From an uncultured Candidatus Saccharibacteria bacterium (GTDB lineage Bacteria > Patescibacteriota > Minisyncoccia > UBA6257 > 2-01-FULL-56-20): a stretch of 56,950 bases of DNA. Where the stretch lies: the NCBI GenBank assembly GCA_964360535.1, contig CAYHXB010000001.1:1-56950 (forward strand), read 5' to 3'. Of the stretch, positions 49,778-56,950 are shown in pieces (the first letter of the stretch is position 1; the number at the start of each line of letters is the position of its first letter). The notes under the pieces were generated by a model that saw nothing but the letters and a program-made list of their open reading frames with translations, did not search any database and was not told the DNA's origin. The translations under genes were made by a program, and so were the position numbers.

Positions 49778-50479
49778 ATGAAAGGAATAATTTTAGCCGG
49801 TGGAGCCGGAACTCGTCTTCGCCCCATAACCTACGAAATTCCAAAGCCGCTTTTACCGGTGAAAAAAAAGCCGATTATTAGCCATCTTATAGAATTTTTT
49901 TTGAGACATGGCGTTTCTGAAATAGCAATTTTGGTAAGCCTGGCGCATAAAAAAGATTTTGAAAGCTGGAAAAAAAATCTGGAAGGGGAGTTAGCTGATG
50001 CGAACATTACCATATTTTTTGAGGAAAAACCAAGAGGAACTTTCGGTGGTTTAGAGCTTTTAAAGGACTGGATCGGGAACGAATCTTTCATTTTGTCCAA
50101 TGGCGACGAGCTTAAGGATTTCGATTTGTCATCAATGATAAATTTCCATAAAGAAAAAGGTGGAGTTGGAACAATCGCACTGGTGTCGGTTCCAAATCCG
50201 TCTGAATACGGCGTGCCTGTTTTGAATGGGCATTTGATTAAGGAATTTTTGGAAAAACCGAATCCTTCTCCGTCAAATTATATTTCTTCCGGGCTATATG
50301 TGCTTGAGTCGGAAGTTTTGAATTACGCGGATTTTTCTAATGATTTCATAATGATAGAAAAAGACATTTTTCCCGGCGTTGCAGTAGATGGCAGACTTGT
50401 CGGCTTCATTGTTGAAAACGGCCGCTGGTATGATTGCGGCAATTTAGACAGGTGGGAGAAAGCCATTAAAGAATGGTAA
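49778..50479 (+). CDS. Sugar-1-phosphate nucleotidyltransferase
   Basis: 'MKGIILAGGAGTRLRPITYEIPKPLLPV'. Confidence 0.8.
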   Translation: MKGIILAGGAGTRLRPITYEIPKPLLPVKKKPIISHLIEFFLRHGVSEIAILVSLAHKKDFESWKKNLEGELADANITIFFEEKPRGTFGGLELLKDWIGNESFILSNGDELKDFDLSSMINFHKEKGGVGTIALVSVPNPSEYGVPVLNGHLIKEFLEKPNPSPSNYISSGLYVLESEVLNYADFSNDFIMIEKDIFPGVAVDGRLVGFIVENGRWYDCGNLDRWEKAIKEW

Positions 50480-50484
50480 AAACG

Positions 50485-51408
50485 CTATTTCAAAGTTGAG
50501 ATAGTTTTCATTATTCCTTCCTCTAATTTTGTTTTTGGATGCCAGGCCAGCATTTTCCTGGCTTTATTGGCATGGAGGGCGGTTTTATAAACTTCTCCTT
50601 TGCGGTGCGGGGCGTAAACAGGCCCTGAACCGAACTGAAGCTCCTTGGCAATGGCGTCAAATATGCCCCTATCGCTGACTGGTTTGCCCCATCCCAGATT
50701 CAATATTTCATTCCTGCATTTTTTAAGCGCCGAAATATTGGCTTCGGTGATATCGCCGACATAAACATAATCGCGCATTTTTGTTCCGTCTCCGAATATA
50801 GTCGGGCGCTTGCCGGATTTCATCAGTCCGCCGAAGATAGCCACGACCCCGCCTTCGCCTTTGGGATTCTGGCGCGGTCCGTAAACGTTCGGATAGCGGA
50901 ATATCAGGTAATCAAAACCGAATTCGCGCGCGTAAAATTTTATAACTTCTTCTCCGAGCATTTTGGAAAATCCGTAGGGCGAAAGCGGAAGCAGTGGAGC
51001 GCTCTCGCTTACCGGTATTTTTTTCGGGCTTCCGTAAATGGCGCCACCGGTGGATGAAAAAATGAATTTCCTTTTTTTGCCGCGGCCATACTTGCCAAAA
51101 GAAACAAGCAGATTGACCGTTCCGATGACGTTCGTCTGAAAAGTGGAAATAGGATTTCTAATTGACTCAATAACCGAGGCAAGTGCCGCATGGTGATTGA
51201 CGACATCCGGCTTTTCAGCGCGGAAAATCCTATCGATATCTTTAAGATTATTTATATCGGCTTTGTAAAATTTGGCTTTCGGGTTGAGATTTTTTCTGAA
51301 GCCAGTAGAAAGATTGTCGATAACGATAACTTTGTGTCCGCCGCGAATATAGGAATCCACTATGTTGGAACCGATAAAACCTGCTCCGCCTGTTACTATA
51401 ATCTTCAT
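50485..51408 (-). CDS. UDP-glucose 4-epimerase-like SDR
   Basis: 'IIVTGGAGFIGSNI', 'YGFSKMLGE' and 'DGTKMRDYVYVGD'. Confidence 0.8.
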   Translation of the reverse strand: MKIIVTGGAGFIGSNIVDSYIRGGHKVIVIDNLSTGFRKNLNPKAKFYKADINNLKDIDRIFRAEKPDVVNHHAALASVIESIRNPISTFQTNVIGTVNLLVSFGKYGRGKKRKFIFSSTGGAIYGSPKKIPVSESAPLLPLSPYGFSKMLGEEVIKFYAREFGFDYLIFRYPNVYGPRQNPKGEGGVVAIFGGLMKSGKRPTIFGDGTKMRDYVYVGDITEANISALKKCRNEILNLGWGKPVSDRGIFDAIAKELQFGSGPVYAPHRKGEVYKTALHANKARKMLAWHPKTKLEEGIMKTISTLK

Positions 51409-51450
51409 ATTTTTATTATATAATAGTTGTAAGGGGTTTTAATAAACCAC

Positions 51451-52794
51451 TTATTTCTGGTTTATAAAAAACGATTTTAATGTTTTTAGAACGATAGTTA
51501 TGTCGAGAATAAACGAACGGTTTTTCAGGTAATAAATGTCGTATTTCAATTTTTCGGCTGCGTCTTCTTCGCTCGCGCCGTAGCGGTAGTTTACTTGCGC
51601 CCAGCCGGTAACCCCTGGTTTTATGAGATGTCTTACATCGTAGTGTGGTATTTTCCAGCGGAGAACCTTTATAAACTCGGGGCGTTCCGGCCTGGGGCCG
51701 ACTAAAGAAATTTCTCCTTTTATTATATTAATCAATTGGGGCAATTCGTCGAGATGTGTGTGCCTGAGAAAGCCACCAATTGCGGTCGTGCGCGGGTCGT
51801 TCTTTTCCGCCCATTTCGGTCCGCCTGATTCGGCGTCTATCTTCATAGTACGGAATTTATAAAGCACAAATTCTTTCCCGTTTTCTCCGACACGAACCTG
51901 TCTGTAAATTGCCGGGCCGGCCGAAGTTATTTTTACGAGAATCGCTATTAATATTTCGAGCGGCAGGAAAACGATGCCAAGCGCCAGTGCCAGCGCGAAT
52001 TCGGCACCTCTTTTAATGCTGCCATACGATTTTTCCTTTTCTACTATTTCGTCCAGGAACCATTCTTCGTTTATTTCATCCAATGGTATTTTATGAAAAA
52101 TTGTTTCATAGAAAGTCGGAATATCCACGATATCAATCCCGAGCATCAAAAGCCGGTAAAAAATTTTTGAGGCATCCGGTTCATTTTTGAAATAGCGCGG
52201 GATAACAATCAAATCCATGCCGTTATTCTTGATAAGATTTTCCCATTCAGAAATTTCTTTAAGGTAAGAAAAATCTTTCTTGTTTTTCAACCATACGGCA
52301 AGTTCATAACCGAGTTGCGGATTCTCTTTTATGAAATCCGAAATTTCTTCCGCTGAGTGGCTTGAGCCGACGAGCATTATTTTTGTCTTGGCGCTGATTG
52401 AAACGGTAATTCTGTTGAAAGAACGGCGCCAGATTATTTCGATAACAGCAAAGACTGCAAGAAATATAAGGAGATTAGTTTTCGGAGTTATCCCGAAGTA
52501 AGGTATCAGATAAAAGAAAAACATCGCGAGAACCGCGTTGACGGTAATCGCAAGCGACAGCGTTTTAAGGAATTCAATATTATTCCGGAGGCGTCTCGGG
52601 TCATAAAGTCCGGCCACGTAGAAAACTAAAAGCCACGGCATGAAAATCAAACTGAATGGTATCAGGTGCTGGTCGGTAAATTTCTCGAACTCTGAACCGT
52701 AGCGGATGACAAGCGCCAAAAATAAACTTAAGTAAAGCACCAGAACATCGCCAGCCAATATGAAGATATTCCTTATTTTATTCGCGGTTTTCAT
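51451..52794 (-). CDS. Polyprenyl-phosphate glycosyl-1-phosphate transferase (WbaP/sugar transferase family)
   Basis: 'DELPQLINIIKGEISLVGPRPERPEF' and 'KPGVTGWAQVN'. The N-terminus has TM helices. Confidence 0.85.
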   Translation of the reverse strand: MKTANKIRNIFILAGDVLVLYLSLFLALVIRYGSEFEKFTDQHLIPFSLIFMPWLLVFYVAGLYDPRRLRNNIEFLKTLSLAITVNAVLAMFFFYLIPYFGITPKTNLLIFLAVFAVIEIIWRRSFNRITVSISAKTKIMLVGSSHSAEEISDFIKENPQLGYELAVWLKNKKDFSYLKEISEWENLIKNNGMDLIVIPRYFKNEPDASKIFYRLLMLGIDIVDIPTFYETIFHKIPLDEINEEWFLDEIVEKEKSYGSIKRGAEFALALALGIVFLPLEILIAILVKITSAGPAIYRQVRVGENGKEFVLYKFRTMKIDAESGGPKWAEKNDPRTTAIGGFLRHTHLDELPQLINIIKGEISLVGPRPERPEFIKVLRWKIPHYDVRHLIKPGVTGWAQVNYRYGASEEDAAEKLKYDIYYLKNRSFILDITIVLKTLKSFFINQK

Positions 52795-53326
52795 AATGAT
52801 TTATGGGATTATAAAGCGGTTTCAACAAAAGCACATAAACATTAACAATGGCGAATCCGATTGACCAGATAAGCACAACTTGGCGTCCATATCCCCACAA
52901 TATTCCGATGAGAGCAAGGAAGCAATAAAGTATTCCGAACGCATTAACGCGTATTTTTTCGCGAAGGAGTTTGGAATACCCGATTGTTTCCGCCAATAAT
53001 ATGTATTTGAGAATAGCAACAATGAAAAGAAGATTGGAAACAACAACGAAGCTTTGAACCGAATTGAAGTTAAGAGCCATAATTATATAAATAATGACTA
53101 GCGCTACATCAACAAACTCCTGTTTCAGTTCCCATTTATGGGATATACTCGCAAAGCAACGCACCGAAAAATAAGTGTTCAGGACAAGCACTGCGTAAAA
53201 AAGAACCAACGGCCAGGACTTATTCCAATCAATTACCGATGTCATGGCCGTTAATCCGACAATTGAAAAAGCGCCAACTGCGGCTGCGGCGCGGCGAAGT
53301 CCGTAAGTTGTGAATTTATCTGACAT
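52778..53326 (-). CDS. Hypothetical polytopic membrane protein
   Basis: About 5 TM helices. Start set at the ATG at 53326 (MSDKF), overlapping the upstream GT2 stop by 11 nt. Confidence 0.45.
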   Translation of the reverse strand: MSDKFTTYGLRRAAAAVGAFSIVGLTAMTSVIDWNKSWPLVLFYAVLVLNTYFSVRCFASISHKWELKQEFVDVALVIIYIIMALNFNSVQSFVVVSNLLFIVAILKYILLAETIGYSKLLREKIRVNAFGILYCFLALIGILWGYGRQVVLIWSIGFAIVNVYVLLLKPLYNPINHYENRE

Positions 53327-54050
53327 CTTGATAATGTTCGGTGAACGGCTTTTTAAAAGCAACTTCCCATGCGAAATTAACCGCATATAACCAGTAAGTT
53401 TTAAAAATTCCTTCCTTCATGAGCCGGCGGCCGGAACTTTGAACCAAAAAATTCATTCGGAAAACAACCTTACCGTATTCATTCAGCCTTCTCGCGATAT
53501 CAGTGTCCTCTCCGTAGAATTTTATATTGGTGTTGAACCCACCCATTTTTTCGAGCGCGTTGCGGCGAGCCACGAAATTTCCTCCGAGTATCATATAGCC
53601 CACGAGGCGATAGGTGATTGGCGCGAACCACCAGCCGTAATCTGCCAGCAGTTTTTTAAATTTCGGCATGTCGTAGTAATGCCTTGGTCCGCTTAAGGCG
53701 ACTACAGATGGATTTTCGAATTGCGTGAAAACGGCCTCAATCCAACCCTCATTTAGAATGCAGTCGGCATCCAGATATGCCAGCAAATCGCCGCCGGCTT
53801 CTTTGAGCCCCCTTTGTCTTGCATGCACCAGGCCTTTGTTAGGCTCGTGAACTACGCGGACATTTTTATGTTTTTTGGCCGCTTCGGCGGTGCGGTCGGT
53901 AGAAGCGTTGTTGATGACTATTATTTCGGCCTCTCTCCCACTTCTTTTCAGTTCCCTTTGGATGGAAGCGATGCAGTTGCCGACATAATTTTCTTCATTA
54001 TGAGCCGGTATTACGAAACTTAGCTTGATTTTGTCAGTTGTGCGATTCAT
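53316..54050 (-). CDS. Glycosyltransferase family 2
   Basis: 'LSFVIPAHNEENYV' and 'YLDADC'. Confidence 0.8.
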   Translation of the reverse strand: MNRTTDKIKLSFVIPAHNEENYVGNCIASIQRELKRSGREAEIIVINNASTDRTAEAAKKHKNVRVVHEPNKGLVHARQRGLKEAGGDLLAYLDADCILNEGWIEAVFTQFENPSVVALSGPRHYYDMPKFKKLLADYGWWFAPITYRLVGYMILGGNFVARRNALEKMGGFNTNIKFYGEDTDIARRLNEYGKVVFRMNFLVQSSGRRLMKEGIFKTYWLYAVNFAWEVAFKKPFTEHYQDVR

Positions 54051-54119
54051 TTACCTTCCGGAATTAGATACTTCTTCCGGTTAGTCGCATTATAACCCCT
54101 TAGCCGCTATTTTTGAAGA

Positions 54120-54929
54120 TTAGATTGTGGCAACAAAATCTTCGATAGCTTGTGAAACCTCGGAAACATTATTCAACACGAGAATATGGTTGGCATTATC
54201 CAAGAGGATGAGCTTATGATTTTTTATTTTTTTGACCTCCTCGATAACATTTTTAACTGGCATAATGGTGTCTTTTTTACCATGAACAATGAGTGTTGGA
54301 ATAGATATATAGTCAAGATAATGTTCTCCCCTAAACTTATAGATATGGTCTAGACAATACACATAAACATGGAAGCTAGTATTTGGGACATCAGCCGCCA
54401 TCCTTCTTAAATTCCAATCACCAGTATTTTGATACTTAGAATAATCAACGTGCTTGCCGGTGTTTCCTGAAAATGGAATCTGGCTCATAATACCAGCAGA
54501 CCAACCGAGCAACGCGTGAACAATCCGTGCCCACCTAACTTTTTTGACGTTGAAGATGGGAGCTAAAAATATCGCTGACTCTACTTTGGTCTGATTCTGG
54601 ATTAAGAACTCCAATGCCATTATCACTCCGAAGGAATGACTGATCATGGTGAATTTTTCGATATGGAGATGTCTAATCAACTCATCTATGTCCTGAACGA
54701 AATCCCGTATTTCATAGTCCTGATAGCGCCTTGGCTTATTGGATTTACCATGGCCCCTCAAATCAAATGTTAGAATATTAAAATTTGCCTGGAATCTTTT
54801 TTCGTACTCCAACCAAGCCGATGAACTGCCGGTTAGCCCATGAATAAAAACGAGCGTTTTACGATTAGACAGAAAATCATTCGTTCTATAATAAATGTCC
54901 CCATTAAACAAGAAATGTTCTTTCATCAT
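54120..54929 (-). CDS. Alpha/beta hydrolase
   Basis: 'LVFIHGLTGSS' and the nucleophile elbow 'ISHSFG'. Confidence 0.75.
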   Translation of the reverse strand: MMKEHFLFNGDIYYRTNDFLSNRKTLVFIHGLTGSSSAWLEYEKRFQANFNILTFDLRGHGKSNKPRRYQDYEIRDFVQDIDELIRHLHIEKFTMISHSFGVIMALEFLIQNQTKVESAIFLAPIFNVKKVRWARIVHALLGWSAGIMSQIPFSGNTGKHVDYSKYQNTGDWNLRRMAADVPNTSFHVYVYCLDHIYKFRGEHYLDYISIPTLIVHGKKDTIMPVKNVIEEVKKIKNHKLILLDNANHILVLNNVSEVSQAIEDFVATI

Positions 54930-56107
54930 TTCACCCTACTTATCGCATTTTCGTAAATTTTTTCCCAGGATTTGGCGATGCTTTCGGAGCCGAAGTTTAT
55001 GGCAAATTTTCTCGCTCCAGTGCCGAGTTTTTTCCTTGTTTCGGGATTTTTAAAAAGAAAAATTATTTTTTTGGCGAGCGCTTCGTAGTCGCCGGGCTCA
55101 ATCAATATACCGTTATTTTTGTTTATGTATTCCGGAAGCGCCCTCGCTTTCACGCCGATAATCGGAAGGCCTGACGCCATGGCTTGCATCATTACCATGC
55201 TCTGTGTGTCGGAAGTGCTTGTTATGGCGAAAACTTCCGCGGCGTTATAGGCCTCTGCCAGAACAGGTTTTTCAACAAATCCCATGAATTTCACAGACGA
55301 ACCCACCCCAAGTTTTTTTGCGAGCAATTCAAGTTCATTGCGCGCCATCCCGTTGCCCGCTATTGCCAATTCGGCTCTTGGAAATTCTTTTTTGACCAGA
55401 GGCAAAGCTTTTATTATCACATCCACTTTTCTTTCAGGAGAAAGCCGGCCGGCATGGATTATTGTATGATCGCCAAATCCAAATTTTTTTCTAAGCCAAT
55501 TTTTGTTCGGCAAGACGGAAAATGTCTGTATATCCACCGGGTTAGAGATGATGTGCGATTCTTTATTGAATCCATAGAATTTCATCTCGTCTATAACCGA
55601 GCGCGAAGGCGCTGTTATAAAATCGCATTTTCCATAGTACCAATTGACATAGCGAAGCATCTTACCGGCGACCCATTTGCTTTCAATCGGGCTGTATTTG
55701 ACGAATTCCGTTACGGCAGTGTGATTCGTGCCTACGAGCGGCTTTTTCAATATTCTTGCCGACCAAAGCGCGTCCAGTCCGGCTCCGAAAAAAAGCTGGG
55801 TATGAATGACATCCGGATTAAATTTTCTGACGTTAAAATACACAAAGGGGTTTGGAATTACTGCTCTGCCCTGTCCGGTGCCCGACGGATACGGGACGGA
55901 AAACAATCTCTTTACGCTTATATTCTTGCCGAGGTTTATTTCTTCCGGTTTCAATCCGACTTTCGTGTAGTATCTTGCCGGATAGTGGGGGACATAAAAC
56001 CTTATTTCATGGCCCATTGAGGCCAGTTCTTTTGCTAGCGATATTATAGAGTCCGAAATACCCGATATTTCGGGGTAAAAATTATCCGAGAATATTGCTA
56101 TTTTCAT
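54926..56107 (-). CDS. Glycosyltransferase family 4 (GT-B)
   Basis: 'MKIAIFSDNFYPEISGISD' and 'QSMVMMQAMASGLPIIGV'. Confidence 0.85.
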   Translation of the reverse strand: MKIAIFSDNFYPEISGISDSIISLAKELASMGHEIRFYVPHYPARYYTKVGLKPEEINLGKNISVKRLFSVPYPSGTGQGRAVIPNPFVYFNVRKFNPDVIHTQLFFGAGLDALWSARILKKPLVGTNHTAVTEFVKYSPIESKWVAGKMLRYVNWYYGKCDFITAPSRSVIDEMKFYGFNKESHIISNPVDIQTFSVLPNKNWLRKKFGFGDHTIIHAGRLSPERKVDVIIKALPLVKKEFPRAELAIAGNGMARNELELLAKKLGVGSSVKFMGFVEKPVLAEAYNAAEVFAITSTSDTQSMVMMQAMASGLPIIGVKARALPEYINKNNGILIEPGDYEALAKKIIFLFKNPETRKKLGTGARKFAINFGSESIAKSWEKIYENAISRVK

Positions 56108-56124
56108 ATGCCGTAATATAATTA

Positions 56125-56950
56125 ATGCTAATGGAAAAACCTGAATTTGGGAACGTGGAGAAAAAACAGCTCTTCAAGGAAAGGGAAGAGGAATTTGAAG
56201 TTGCAGGAGGAAAGGCCAGGGTGGTGGAAATTGATCCGGATGAACCCAAAACCGACGTGCCGGTTTTCGTCGCGCCGTCCTGGGCTTGCTCGACAGAAGT
56301 TTATAGGCCCGTCCTGGAAGAACTGGCGCAGCAAAAACGAAAAGCAATTTCAATCGACCATCCGCGTATCGGCGGAGATTTGAGCTCGGCGCCGGAAGGA
56401 GCCATTGATAAATACCCAAAGGAAATACTAAGAAGGGCGCTTAATATCGTGGAAGTTCTCGACCAAAAAAACATAGAAAAAACCGACGCAATCGCGCATT
56501 CCATAGGTGCAGTAGACACGGTTGTTGCCGCCATGCTCCGGCCGGAAAAATTCAGAAACATCGTTTTTTACGGGGCGGCCGGCTTGATAGGAAAAGACAC
56601 ATTCCCCAGATTACTTAAAGGATTTGCCGGACAGGGCAAGAGGGCGGAAACTTTAAAAGAAATACCCGGCTATAAGGCAGAAGACGGAGAGGAAGTTCCC
56701 GGCTTAAAACCGATACCGATTACCGAAACCGAAAAGAAAGTCGCGGCGAAGGCAGCAACCGAAGCGCTGAAATATTTCGCCAAGAACCCTATTCGCGCGC
56801 TGAAGGAAGCCATGGCTTTGACTAATGAAAAAAGCCAAATCGAAGAAATGCTGAGATATCTTCATAATGAGAAAAAAATAGGCATCGTTATTATGCACGC
56901 CGTCGATGATCCGGTATTCGACCAAAACACAGTTAGAAAAATGCTGAAAG
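56125..56950 (+). CDS. Alpha/beta hydrolase-like protein, 3'-truncated by the window end (absent from the supplied ORF track)
   Basis: My own translation from the ATG at 56125 (or 56131) is open to the last base: 'MLMEKPEFGNVEKKQ...VFVAPSWACS...AIAHSIGAVD...'. 'HSIG' fits the G-x-S-x-G elbow. Confidence 0.6.
   Translation, partial: MLMEKPEFGNVEKKQLFKEREEEFEVAGGKARVVEIDPDEPKTDVPVFVAPSWACSTEVYRPVLEELAQQKRKAISIDHPRIGGDLSSAPEGAIDKYPKEILRRALNIVEVLDQKNIEKTDAIAHSIGAVDTVVAAMLRPEKFRNIVFYGAAGLIGKDTFPRLLKGFAGQGKRAETLKEIPGYKAEDGEEVPGLKPIPITETEKKVAAKAATEALKYFAKNPIRALKEAMALTNEKSQIEEMLRYLHNEKKIGIVIMHAVDDPVFDQNTVRKMLK

Overview
This is an AT-rich bacterial window; sampled 60-nt lines run about 28-42% GC, and most genes lack a Shine-Dalgarno sequence. 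It opens with rny. The rest is an almost uninterrupted ~55-kb surface-glycan biosynthesis supercluster. Nucleotide-sugar branches recognised from sequence motifs: GDP-colitose (gmd, colD-like, fcl-like, Gmm-like NUDIX), a GDP-perosamine-like branch (second gmd plus a DegT aminotransferase), GDP-fucose (second fcl-like gene plus a GT10 fucosyltransferase-like gene), and GDP-D-glycero-D-manno-heptose (hddA-gmhA-gmhB-hddC). There are also carbamoyl, methyl and acyl decoration genes, about 10 glycosyltransferases, three Wzy_C/O-antigen-ligase-family proteins, a GT-C protein, a Wzx-type flippase and a polyprenyl-phosphate glycosyl-phosphate transferase. I recognised no rRNA, tRNA or CRISPR array. 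Unusual content: (1) Three copies of a ~122-nt element bounded by inverted repeats sit exactly between a stop codon and the next start codon; they show paired substitutions in three helices, ATGAA flanks and an open mini-ORF. (2) A bona fide cysD carries an in-frame 96-codon GIY-YIG nuclease cassette bounded by GC-rich inverted repeats, and the same arms occur as a cargo-less palindrome downstream of gmd. (3) An operon driven by a near-consensus promoter encodes a non-AroB sugar-phosphate cyclase (sedoheptulose-7-P cyclase-like) with an SDR, a kinase-like protein and an aldo/keto reductase, and converges on a nucleotidyltransferase; this suggests an NDP-cyclitol (carbasugar) branch. (4) An RHH-cysD-cysN-sulfatase-like operon has no APS kinase. 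(5) A GC-rich minus-strand block whose two GC-richest genes (HD, AEC) have Shine-Dalgarno-like sequences and share a duplicated ~56-bp consensus-promoter-plus-leader-hairpin cassette. (6) Several promoters sit so close to the ATG that the transcripts should be leaderless. All functional calls rest on motifs read by eye and on recalled family signatures; no database search was possible.
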